From positions 56,422,001 to 56,486,000 of the forward strand of contig CM052816.1 in assembly GCA_028534125.1 (NCBI GenBank): a DNA stretch of 64,000 nt. Reading direction: 5' to 3'. The position numbers were made by a program, and so were the translations under genes. Below, piece by piece: positions 12,105-23,729 of the stretch; position 1 is the first letter of the stretch, and every line of letters starts with the position of its first letter. The stretch comes from Lama glama. Its lineage: Eukaryota. The notes below the pieces were generated by a model that ran no database searches, was not told where the DNA came from, and saw only the letters and a list, made by a program, of their open reading frames with translations.

Positions 12105-12802
12105 TTGTTTTGTATTTAACTGATGTGTAGTTGATTTACAACGTTGTGTTAGTTTCTGGTGTACAGCATAGTGACTCAGTTATACACACACATACACATA
12201 TATATTCTTTTTCAGATTCTTTTCCATTATAGGTTATTACAAGATCTTTAATATAGTTTCCTGTGCTGCACAGTATCTTGTTGTTTATCTAGTTTATATA
12301 TAGTAGTGTGTATCTGCAAATCTCAAACTCCTAATTTATCCCTCGCCTCCTTTCCTCTTTGGTAATAATAGTTTGTTTTCTGTGTTTGTGAGTCTACTTC
12401 TGTTTTGTAAATAAGTTCATTTGTATCATTTGTTTTAGATTCCACATGTAAGTGATATCATATGGCATAGCTGTTTCTTTGTCTGACTTACTTCACTTAG
12501 TATGAAAATTTCTAGGTCCATCCATGTTGCTGCAAATGGAATTATTTTACTCTTTTTTATGGCTGAGTAGTATTCCATTGTATATAGATACCACATCTTC
12601 TTTATCCAGTCATCTGTCAATGGACATTTAGGTTATTTCCATATCTTGGCTGTTGTAAATAGTGCTGCTGTGAACATTGGGGTGCAGGTATCTTTCTGAT
12701 TTATAGTTTTTTTCCAGATATATGCCCAGAAGCAGGATTGCTGGATCATATGGTAAGTCTATTTTTAGTTTCTCAAGGCACCTCCAGACTGCTCTCCATG
12801 GT
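12105..12802 (-). mobile_element. 5'-truncated L1 (cetartiodactyl/camelid type): ORF2 C-terminus remnant plus 3'UTR
   Basis: Minus-strand translations 'WIKKMWYLYTMEYYSAIKK...PFAATWMDLE..ILSEVSQ' (12435-12620) and 'VWRCLEKLKIDLPYDPAILLLGIY' (12628-12915 ORF) are classic L1 ORF2 C-terminal motifs, frameshifted between them; 3'UTR and T-rich tail follow at lower coordinates. Confidence 0.95.
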
Positions 12803-15800
12803 GAGAGGCTGGTTTTAAAGCTGCGCATATGTGAACCATACTCCCCCTCTCTCCTCCCCTCACAGGGTGTTAAAATGTGGGCATGTAAAACACTCTTGCT
12901 GAACCAAAAATCCATGTCACATCAGTACTGTGTGTCCCTTCTGCAGCCTGACGGAACTGGGGGTCTGGAAGCTGTGGCTGAAGGCCCCGAGCTGAGGACG
13001 GCTGGCAGAACGTGCCTCCTGAGTCTCATGAGAACAGACAGGGAGCTGTGAGCTGCCTCGTCAGGGCTCAGGGGGAGGTGTCAGCCTGGTGTGTTGCCCG
13101 CCTGGGCACTGTCCCAGGCAGCCTGTACAACCAGGAGGTGTAGAGACATAGAAAGGGGAGTTGCTGAGTGGGGAGCTGAGGGCTTTGGGGAACAGGGCTG
13201 TGGCATGTCCCTTCCCACAGTGGGCCCTCAAGTCAGGTGATGGAAGGCCAAGAAAATGCTCATCAGAACCACCCGAAAGCAGGGCCCCTGCTCTGACCTC
13301 TACGTTCTAGAGAGATCTTATCAGGAATTCCTCCAGCCCTCTCCTCCCCACGGAGCTGGGGATCTGTGGCATGAAGGTGACGTGCCATCCAGGAGCCCCC
13401 TCCCCACCACACTCCGGGTCTCCCAGAAGGCCCCAGTCCCCTTCCAGGGTCTGCTCAGACTTGTCCTGAGGTCCATCCACCCGCGGTGGATGCTGCTCAG
13501 CCCTGAGCATGGCCCACGGGCGGCAGATCCGGGGGGACGTGGGCTGACCCTGGAGGTGCAGCCTGGGTGGCCACGGGCATGTGCTCAAGGCTCTTCCATG
13601 GGGGATGGAGGTGGGGGTAGGAAGAAAATCAGCGCAGGCTGTCCGCCAGATGCAGGCTCTGGGCTTGGGAGGAATGCCTCTCTCAGCTGCCAGATCCCAG
13701 AAGATGGAGAACTCTAAGTTCAAACCTACCTTCTAGGCCATCATGTTTGTATATTTTTCAAGGTAGGAGGCTAGAGGAGATTTCATTTAACAGTTTTGCT
13801 AGTTAGAGTTGTAGCTTAAATGTATGGATAATTGGAATGTGGGGCTCCATTTGGACTCCTGCCCTGGGCCCTGCAGCATTCAGGGGAACCTGCTACTCAG
13901 GGGGCTTGGGTCCCTACAGGAAGAGGCTGGGCTCTTGCTCTCTGGGCGGCTGGCTGTGAGCTACAGAGGAGCAGAGGCTCACCCAGCACCTTGGGAGAGG
14001 CTGGCATCTTCGTCTGAGAGCTTGGAGGCGTATGTGAACCCAGAGCCTGGAGCTTGCCTGGAGCACGCTGCATGTGGAGCGCTAGCTGAATCACCCTGCA
14101 GGGCAGGACGAGGAGGCAAGATGGCTGTGGGTGGCCTGCGTCCCCACCATTTGTTGTGGCAGGTGTGTCTGAGCTTCCTATGGGCCCAGTGGATTCCTTA
14201 GTGCCTTCAGGGGACCCTGAGCAAGAGGACTTCCTTTGAGGGTAAGGGGCAAAGGTGAGAAGCCAAGAGGTGTTTATAAGAGGTCCACCAGAGTGTTCTT
14301 CAGCTACAGACCAAAACTGTGTAGAGAGGGGGGCTCTTGTACGGGGTCCTCCTGCAATGCTCGTGACAGAGCATTCAGAGTCAAGAGATAACCGCCAAGA
14401 GGACCACCAAGCAAAAGCCCTGAGCACTTCCTGGCCCCCTCAATCCTGCTCTGAGCCAGAAAGACTCAGAAGTAGGGAGGAGGAGTGATGGGGAAGAAGA
14501 TTCCCACATCCCTGGCCACTTTGGACCCAAGCGGAATCAGGCCTCAACCACAGAAAGAAGGAAGTTTCAATATGACAGGACAGAGAAACTTGGTCTTGGA
14601 CGAGACTTTTTAATACCTGAAAAGTACTTAACTGACCAAATGGGACTTGTTCTTACAGATGGCAGCAGCCCAGGAGGCTACAGAGGGACCTCAGGATGTT
14701 GCACAGGGGTGGAGAAGGGACATCTCCCAGCGCTTGTGATGGGGGAGGATGAGTTCATCCTTTTGTTCCCCAATGAGTTCATTAACCTGGTGATGCTGTC
14801 AGAGATTCTGTGCTTACCATAACCTCACACCCAACTAGTTACCCCTCTCCTTGGCCTTGACCTTGACTTGAATGTCCTTTTGCAAGGAAAAGGCACACTG
14901 ATTTGAGTCCTTGAGGACGGGTCCCTTTTGCTCTCTTCATGTCATCTGTGACAACAATGCACTACCTCAAGGAGTCAGGAGGATTTTGGTCAGTGAGCAA
15001 GTGCTAACAAACATTTTTTTCTCTCCCCTTTCTCTACCAGGTGATGGGGCTTATCAGCATGGCTCGAGGTGAGAAGTGTCACTCAGTTTTGCAGGAGTGA
15101 CACCCATCACTCAGTCTCCCCAGCCTTCCCTGGAGTGGCTGCCGTGTGAGTCTGTGTCCCGATGGTGAGCCTGGCCCTGTCTGCTGTGTCTTCAGTGAAA
15201 TTTTATGCTCATCTTGAAAAGGGCAAAGGTTGCTGGTTCAGTCTTTTTCTTTAGCTCTCACATCTGGGCATAATGACTCATGATGTTTGGACAAGTAGTA
15301 TGTCCTTTCCTGATCAATACTTATTGATGCATTATTTATCCTAGCATGATGATTGTGTGGCCAAAGACGGCCTCTGGCACTGGCTCTTCTTTAGTTCTGT
15401 ATGTGTAATTTCTCAGCTCAGTCTTGAGAACAACGGGCTCACTGATTCCACTGGAGTTTTGGGGGAGGACGGACTTTGTGGACCAAGGCTCACTGGGTGC
15501 CAGCCTGGACGTGCATGAACCCCCTTTGGGGAGGAGGCTGTGCCTGTCTTTAGGGCTGAGCCCAGAACGCACCTCTGTTTTCCTTGCTACTTACTGTTCT
15601 GCATTAAAAGACGCCTCTTCGCTTCTTTGACCAGAGAGATGGTTTTTCCTTAAGGAAGGCCAGCAACCAGCTTTGGTGACACCAAACTGATTACTTCCAT
15701 TCCCCCTGAGCACTCTCTCCAGGTCTGTCCTGCTCCCCAGTGCCCTTTCTGTCCTCCTGTTTGCTTGTTTTGTTCAGAAGAAGATGGCTCCCCACTCAGG

Positions 15801-16199
15801 GGAGACTCTGAAGTAAAGAAACAATGGAGGTGCTGGGGGCAGTGGCCAAGAACCACGGGGTAGCCCCGGTGCATAGGGAATGGTGATGTCGGAGCAGCCT
15901 GGGAGCCCTCTGGGAGGTCTGAGGTGCGAGGGAAGCCGAAGGAGTGTCAGGGTCTTTCCTTTGTCAAGCTCTTGTCCCGTGATGTGACAGTGACTAGGAG
16001 TCTCTGAATGGCATTGAAAGGCCCAATATGGGGGTGCCCTGGTATGTTCTTTGGCCACTGCCGGAGATGAAGCCTCAGCCCTTGGGGTGTGTCTGCCCTG
16101 AAGCCCCTCCCCGGGGATGCTCTCCTGGGTGGAGAGATGGCAGCAAGGCGCCCTTAGCGTGGTCGGGCCGGTGGGAGCGGCCCCCCAGGACGCGCTCAC

Positions 16200-16297
16200 C
16201 GCTCTGACTCTGTAAGGGTGCGTGCGCTGGCCAGGGCTCTGGGAGCCAGAGGCCCGAATGATGGTATCGTTGTGTCTGAATACCTCTGAGGAGCTGT
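16200..16297 (-). other. Candidate internal exon (98 nt) of an unannotated minus-strand transcript
   Basis: Minus-strand acceptor 'catttaac atttcaactttctctcctctttgcttgcag|' and donor 'GCG|gtgagc'; local CpG retention; no stop codon in any frame. Confidence 0.35.
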
Positions 16298-16747
16298 CTG
16301 CAAGCAAAGAGGAGAGAAAGTTGAAATGTTAAATGCTTCCAACAAAAGCTATTAGGGGAGAATTTCCTGATTCAGCACTTGTTGGCATTTTTTGAGGCTT
16401 TTCACAGACAATGTAAGGTTACTGTTTCGCGTGTGTGGTTTTTTGGTGGTTGTTTAGGGTTTTTTTTTTTTCTTTTAAGCTTATTGGTTTTCATTGATGA
16501 GCTGGTTGTGCAATCCAGGGGCTCTGGTATTGGCAAGACATGCCGGCAACTGGTTGAAGGAGACCCTGCTTGTTCTGGATGCCAGAGAGCCCGCACCTGG
16601 CCCTTCCCGGCCTCCGCTGCTGAGGACCTGCCCTCTGAATGCATGGAGCCCCTCTACAGGCGGCTCGGGCCTCACATCTCAGGGAGCCATCCCCACTCCC
16701 ACGCAGACCTGGCTTATTAACCCACATACCATGTGGCCCTTAACGTA

Positions 16748-17206
16748 TGCTATTGTTGCATTCTGGCTCCCTCACCCCCAAATTCATACATTCAAATCCT
16801 AACCTCAGCACCTCAGAATGGGACTTTACTTGGATTTGGGGTCTGTACTGAAGTCATCAAGTTAACATGAGGCCATTAGGGTGGGCCCTAACCCCACATG
16901 ACCAGTGGCCTTACAAAAAGGGGAAATTTGGAGTCAGACCCACACATGCAGGAAGGATGCTATGAGGAAGATAAAGGCTGAGATCAGGGTGATGCTTCTA
17001 CAACCAAGAATCGCCAAAGATTGCCCCAAACCAGCAGAAGCTGGGCCAGAGGCCTGAAACAGATCTTCCCTCACAGTCTCAGAAGGAACTGATCCTGCTG
17101 ACACCTCGATCTTGGGCTCCCCGCCTACAGAAGATGAGACCATCGGTTTCTGTTAAGCCACCCCGTCTATGGTTCTTTGTTTCCACAATCCAAGCAGATG
17201 AACACA
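16748..17206 (+). mobile_element. MLT1C-like MaLR solo LTR
   Basis: 'tgctattg...aattcatacattcaaatcctaacc...ccaaagattgccccaaaccagcagaagct...cagaaggaac...ttctgttaagccacccc...gaacaca'; TG...CA ends, ~460 bp. Confidence 0.8.
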
Positions 17207-17289
17207 TCTTGGAATTCTCTACTTTCCTCCATCTTCCGGATCGTGGATCCTCTTTTTCTCCCTCTCTCCTCCCCTTCCCATCCTACTGG

Positions 17290-17470
17290 ATTAGACCAGG
17301 ATCTGGAGCCAGACTGGGTTCAACTCAGAGCTCTCCCATTTACTAGCAGTGTGTCCCCAACCTCCTGGTGCCTGTGTTTCCCCATCTATAAAATGGAAAT
17401 AATAGGAGTAACACCAGCCTCACGAAATAAGTGAAAGTACTGGTGTGCAGCCTGCCTTGAACACGAGAAG
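17290..17470 (+). mobile_element. MIR SINE
   Basis: 'tctggagccagactgggttcaa...cctgtgtttccccatctataaaatggaaataata'. Confidence 0.8.
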
Positions 17471-18020
17471 TGCGCCATCCCTGTGCCCAGTCTGAGTCCG
17501 AAGCCTCCAAGTGCACTGAGAATCTACTCTGGGTGCCCCCTGTGGTGCCAGGACTGAAAGAATGGATTCCACGTTATCATCAGACCTTGTTCTGGTCCAA
17601 CCTTATCACCCCTGGGCGTTTATCATCTTACTGGAGGCATAAAACACTTGCAGGAAACAGTCTACCGCGAAAGGCATTATGGGATTACAGGACCACAGGG
17701 TGGTCACGCCGGCTCAGTCAAGTGGCTCTTGACCTGCCGGCAGCACATGAGACCCTACCGAGGCAGGTAATGGTCCACTGCCTGGGCCCTTTCCCCAGAG
17801 CAGCTGCACAGGCTCTCTGAACCTCGAGTGCATCCATGAACCTGTCTCTGCTTTGACAGCCTCAGCTACAAAATTAGGGTGAGACTTGGTTGGATGTCAA
17901 AGGGCCGTGGCGAGGGTGAAATGAGTTACTGTGTGTCAGTGCGCGTAACTGGGCCACCCCAGAGTCGGCAACACTCAATAGATGTGAGCTCCTTTCCGTG
18001 AATAAATGTTCAAGCTTTGC

Positions 18021-18065
18021 AGACTCTGCTCCAGCTTTGCAGTAGACTCTGCTCCAGCTTTGCAG
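18021..18065. repeat. Perfect 22-bp direct duplication (period 23)
   Basis: agactctgctccagctttgcag at 18021-18042 and 18044-18065. Confidence 0.95.
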
Positions 18066-18404
18066 CATGCTTATGGATTCTTATTTGCTTGAAGAACTAA
18101 GAATGGCTTTCTCCATTGTCCCTCTCACGTCAAGGCCGTGGCAGGTTTGGAGGGCTTCCAACCAGAGCTCCTTGTTGGTAAGGAGGGCGGAGTGTGCAGC
18201 TGGAGGACCTGGTCTGCGGGGAGAGCCGTGGTTGCCACTGGGGGGCCGCCATGTTGTCAGCTGTCTGCGCAGCAGGTAATACTGAATCCTAACTTTAGGT
18301 CTTGCAGTGCACCTATTTTTTCCCCACCTCCTTCATTCCCCTCACTTGCTGTGCCTCCCTCTTCTCTCTCCTCATTCTCAAGTAACATCTTCAGGGTGCA
18401 AGAC

Positions 18405-18630
18405 GAAGCAATGTGTTTAGGGCTCAGGACCCAGCATCTGGGCTCAGATACTGGCCCTGCCGTGTACTGCTGTGCGATTATATGTGAGCTTCCAACGTCT
18501 CTCAGCCTCGGCTTCTTTATCATTACAAATAAAATATGGAAGTCTCTTCTTAAATGCCTCCATTTTAATATTTAAATGGAAAACTGAGGAGTACTATTAT
18601 CACAGTGGAAGATCGTCAGTAAATGTCACC
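18405..18630 (+). mobile_element. MIR SINE (degraded)
   Basis: 'ctgggctcagatactggccctgccgtgtactgctgtgcga...ctctcagcctcggcttctttatcattacaaataaaatatgg'. Confidence 0.6.
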
Positions 18631-19589
18631 CACGATCACTCAGGTGGCCTAACTCCGGTGGTAACATATGGGACCAAAGGGTACTCTGGGTGGCTGGGTC
18701 TCAGAGTACATCTCGGGATGGGGTGGTGTGGGCTTCGCTAAGGTGGCCAGGAAAGCACGGAGCCCTGAGAAGCTTGGCCTTGATAAGACTCAAGCTGGGC
18801 TATCTTTTCTTTCCCAAGAATCTCAAGGGTTCAGGCCAGCACAGCCTGCGCACGCAGGCTTTGAAAAAACACGGCAACAATAGCTGTTTGGGCCCACGTG
18901 TTACTCGCTTATCTCCTACTGGCCTGTGCCAGTGCGATCAGTTGTTCCACTGTCTCATCTGGTAACTTGGAAACTGTTTGTGCTGAGGATCTATGATAAC
19001 CATTTTGGCTGGAACTAATGTCCTTTTGGAGGCGGGGAGGGAAGAAAGGAAAGCAACATGGCACAGACAAGGATAGGCGATGCTCTACGTGTTGGCAGAG
19101 GGCACTGAGTTTTTGAAAGCAGACAGCTAGAAAGAGAATTTTGTTCTCCTTCCTGCTTTTTCCTTCGTTCTCTGGGCTCACATTTCCAGGAGCTTTAATT
19201 GTCAAAACTTGAACGAGAAAGTGTATTAATCTCCAATGTCTCCCATCAATCACCTCATCCAGCCCAGTGGTGAGAGAAAGGAGCCTCACTTTCACCACTG
19301 ATTTCTTGATAATGATGGGCCAAGTCTTGCCTATACATTTCCCCTCCTGTCTGGCTAATGGAGGAAGCTTTTCCCGAGGAACTACCCATCCTGGAGCCAT
19401 TTTTCAAGGGAAAATTGCAGACAGGAATAGCCCCTGACATGAAAATATTTCTCATAGGGAAACTAAGTGAGTAGAATAGCACAGTGATTATAAATACAGG
19501 CCTTACCTTTGAGAGTTATTGGAGGATTAAATTAGAGAGCCAAATAAAACATATAATTTGGTGCATGACATCAAATAGGCCTGCAAGAA

Positions 19590-19790
19590 AGAGTACATAT
19601 TTACTACATCCTTTCTGGGTGCCAGACTGTGTGCTGAGCATGGAACTTTTTGCCATCATTTGATCCTCAGTGTATTTTATCTAACAGATGCCATCATTTG
19701 CCCCTGGTTTACAGGTAGGGCAACCAAGATGCTAAGTGACTTGACAAAGGTGGAAAGAGATGGACTTAGGGTTTATACCCACATGCTCAC
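19590..19790 (-). mobile_element. MIR SINE (degraded)
   Basis: 'gtgccagactgtgtgctgagca...cccctggtttacaggtagggcaaccaagatgctaagtgacttgacaaagg' is an antisense MIR core. Confidence 0.6.
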
Positions 19791-20529
19791 AATCTGTTAT
19801 TGTGGAATTATGTACTGTCTTCTACCCCAATGGCTGTGGGATCCCTACAAGAAAATGAGAAGTGATTGAGCCATGAGGAAATGGATCCAGCCCCTCCACT
19901 ACTTTTGCTGACCAACACCTGAATTCTTCTCTAGAAACAGAATTCTAGAGCATTAGTACATAAAAGTACAGGGGTTGCCTTACCTACCCACCCCCCCACC
20001 CCGCCCCAGCATTCCAGGGGTTAAGATGCTTTTTAAGGGATCTTAAGGGGATGCCTTTTGTGGCCCTGCAAATTTCATCTCATAAAAATCACAGAAGCTG
20101 CTCTGCTGACCACCAGGTTGTCTGTGCTGGATTCCCAGTCAGTGCTGGGCCCTGGTGGAGCCAGGGGGAGGCGGAGGATGTGTTGTGGGTTCTACAGGAG
20201 GGGCCAGTCCAGACGTGCATGCCCTGAAGGTTTTGGGTGTGTGTGTGTCGGGGGGCGGGGGGCATCCAGACCCTGAGGCTGGCCGAGGAGTGGGTAGCGC
20301 TGAGGGATTGCTTCAAACGCTGGGACTGCTCTGAGCAGAGAAAAGGCAAGTTGATTTTGATATGGTTGAAGAGAGCCCTATCCTCTTAAGAAAGTCTGCA
20401 AAGATGGGCGTCTGTTCCCATAAAATGCCTGTGTTCCCAGATGGCAGAATCTAGGAAATCCCCATGGCGTTGGAATGACCCCACTTGGTGACTCCTAAGC
20501 CAGGCTCTGGTCACCCTACAAGCCAGTCT

Positions 20530-21690
20530 GTTTTCGCGCGGTTGCGCGCGGGTGAGGCTGAGCCGGGCGCGTGTTTCAGAACACCTTAACGATGTCAGGA
20601 CGCTTTTCATTGCTCATTTATCACTTAACGGCTCAGATTTGTAACGTGCTGCCCGCGTTCTCCCTTTAGCGCAGACAATGCATTCTTTCAACAGTGTGCG
20701 GCTCCGGCTCCGAGGGAAGGGCGCTGCAGAAAGCGCAGCGCGGGGCTGGCCGCCCGCTGGGGAGGAGGGGTGTGGGAAGCAGGTGGGGACCAGATGCCTG
20801 GCTGCAGCAGCGCTGGAGGGATGAGCACAGGGAACAGCCACTTCTGGTTCCACTTACTCATTTCTCTGTGCTGAAAGGTGTCATATAAATGCTAAATAGA
20901 ACCGAGAGAGATGGGGCCTATCGATTTGCATTTTGTCCAATGTGAGCAGATGCGGATAGAAAAGCAGCTTAGCCCCGGCTGCTCACCTGCTCCGCCCCGT
21001 CTTCGGGTCCTTGCCATGCAGCCCGTGGCCGGCGTCTCGGCTCCAGCGCCGCGGAGGACGTGGTGGGCGGCGGCGGTGGAAAGGGGCGCACGCCCTCTGT
21101 CCTCAGCGGCTTCACAGAACTTATTGGGGAGGCGACTTTAACCACAGGGACCATCTGAGGACAGTGCAACCCAGCATATGGTTAAGCGGGAAGTCGCGGG
21201 GAACCGATGCAGTTCCGGAGGAGGCCATAGGCGCGAGAGCACCGTGCGTGCTGACCGGGCGGGAAGCCGCCACTCCTTAGGGGCAGGAGGACCGGACTTG
21301 CCCTCTGAAGTCTGTTGGGGATAGATGGGCAGAAATAGTGAGCGGAGGTGGTCCGAATACTCCGCCGGACCTTCGCGGTTGCCTTTCTGCCCACCCTCTT
21401 CCCTCTTCCATTTGGTTGGTGGGTCCGCCTAGTCTTTTAGGACTTCGACGTCACACTTCGGAGACGCCTTCCTCCGCTCTTCTGCAGAGTAGCAGCCCTC
21501 CCCACTGCAGTAGCCTCTGTCACAGCAGCCTAGTTCCTCCTCCCTGGCCTCAGCACAACGCATAATTAGACACTTGCTCCTTGCTGCCTCCGCCGGTGGC
21601 TGGTACCCACCACATAGGCGGGGACCCTGCACACCTGCTTCCTTCGCCGTTGTATTCACAGACAAGCGCAAAGCGCGGGGCCCGGGGTGC
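20530..21690. promoter_or_regulatory. CpG island 2, candidate (possibly bidirectional) promoter
   Basis: Dense CpG (cgcgcggttgcgcgcggg, cgccgcgg, ggcggcggcgg); GC box ccgccc at ~20992; octamer ATTTGCAT at 20924-20931; consensus minus-strand splice donors at 20987 and 20858. Confidence 0.8.
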
Positions 21691-21889
21691 TTGGCAAATA
21701 CTTGTCGAATGAATGAGTGACATTTGAGGAAAGCCTCATTTAGCAAATGTGTATGTTGGCCAATTGAATGCGAGCTCTTATTTTATGATCCAGGGAGAAA
21801 AATCTGCAGGCTCCATAGATCCTGTCTTGCAGGAGGAAAAGTTCTCATTAAAACATACCACCACAACAAGGCAAGAAAAACAGCGCCAC

Positions 21890-21914
21890 TGACGTCAGCG
21901 TGCCAGTGACGTCT
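21890..21914. promoter_or_regulatory. Tandem CRE sites (TGACGTCA plus TGACGTCT)
   Basis: Perfect palindromic CRE at 21890-21897 and a 7/8 match at 21907-21914, just outside CpG island 2. Confidence 0.55.
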
Positions 21915-23729
21915 GCAGGTTAAGAAGTAGAGTAAAAAGAAATAAAAATGTACCACCAATTGCACGAATGAGACTTGATTTTTTGCATAATACAACGCTT
22001 GGCGTTTGAGTCTTGGACCCTGTCCAAAGTGGTTTATTACTGGATGGAGCATTGGACTCTTGTTAAAACACAGGGTTACCTAAAGCAAGGTCTCATTCAT
22101 GGACCCAGAGAACAGTGCTACCGGGAAGTCCCAATATGGTTGTAAGAAGGCAGTGGAGTTTTCACGTCATTCTCTGTTCAACTTGCTTTAAGCAAACGAG
22201 TAGCCTGGATTATTCTCCTTTTTAGACACAATTGTTTGATGAAGTTGAAAAGAGCCATGTCGGCTCAAATGCAGGAGAGAAAAAAAGTGCTTTAACGTAA
22301 AAATCCTCAGGCATACAGTCAATTCCTTTTTACTCAAATTTCATCTGAGCAACATATCATTTTAGTTATAGAAATTAGAGGCTACAAATCAGAAATAGCC
22401 TCAGATTTCCTTGAATGCTTAAAAATGATCGCTCTTCATTTTTGTGAAATTTTATTTAGGAAAAGGTGGGCGTTGGGGTGGGAGAAGGGAGGATGACAAG
22501 AAAATATAGAGATGGCGAATCTCTAATGTTGGTCCTGTGCCGTCAGCGTCTTGCCATTTTTTATGCAGTCTCACTAGCAAAACCAGAAAGTTAGCATGTC
22601 TTCAGAACTAGCTCCTTCCTGCTCCCCACCCCTATCTTTAACCGGCCCGGGAAAGTCAAACTCTGTGTGGGAAAATACATTCACATATGGAAAACAATCT
22701 TCTGATTGGACTGTGGCATATTCTCGAAGCTGCCATGCAGGAATCTTTGCCAGGAGTTTAAAAAACTCTACAGATCAGGTAGAAAAATAGAGCTGGAGGT
22801 TTGAGCTAAAAATCATTTTGGGGGGCCTGCCTTCTTCCTAATGTTAACTAAGAATGTGGCTCGTGTTCCTAATCATTGTGGTTGGGGTGGTGGTGGTCAA
22901 AAGCCAGGCTCCATGAGGTACCAGTTCCTGGTCTTGCCCCATCACCCCCCCTCCCCATCCCTGGCCTGAGTCTGGTTTCTCAGGCACAGAGATACTGTTA
23001 CAGCCAAACTCAAGATTGCTGAGGTTTCTTTCCTTTCTACTCTTCTTTTCTTCAGGGTGTTGTGTGCAGAACTTCGATCCATCCTCACATTCTCTGCCTA
23101 TAGTGCGTGCAACTTGTGCTGGAAGGGAACTTTTCCCTAGCCAGACTCTCGACCATAAATATATCCAGACAGCTGAACCCTGAAAAGTACTATAAACCAC
23201 AGACCATTATGTAGTGTAGATGCAGTCATTTATAAAAAGCAATGTGATTTTAAAGTTTTCTTTGTTCTCTAAGCCCTGAAACTGATTTTTTTCAAACTTC
23301 TTTCTATCCTTGTGTTATCAAAAACTGGGACATTTGGTCAACCTAAATTAATAAGCATGATAATTATGAATGTTGTGTTGTCATTGAGATTTACTCATAA
23401 GATGTTGAACAACGGGTATCCGTAGTGGGGTATCTTTGTGGATGCAGAACCTGAGACTCATTCCTTCTTGCTCATGATCTTCAGATTTATTCTTCCTTCT
23501 ACTGCAAAGGAATGGACTCCAAACACATAGATCCTTCCGCAGTGCAAATGGAATCCCCAACATGGAAACCAGAGGCCACGTGCCTTCTAGTCTACCTTCC
23601 TGAAAAACTGTCAGGCATTTACCAAACGTTTAGGCTTGTGTTCTGCATCAGAACAATAGCAATTACATGGGCAGACAGGGTATTAGGCTCAGACATGCAT
23701 TATTTTTAAGCAAGAGAATTAAAATGAAA

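Noticed and set aside
12435..12915. ORFs with clear protein similarity
   Set aside because: They are frameshifted L1 ORF2 C-terminal remnants, not a host gene.
13730..13913. Possible third minus-strand exon (cctgtag|...AAG|gtaggt)
   Set aside because: The pyrimidine tract is modest and an in-frame stop follows six codons; it cannot be distinguished from a pseudo-exon without RNA data.
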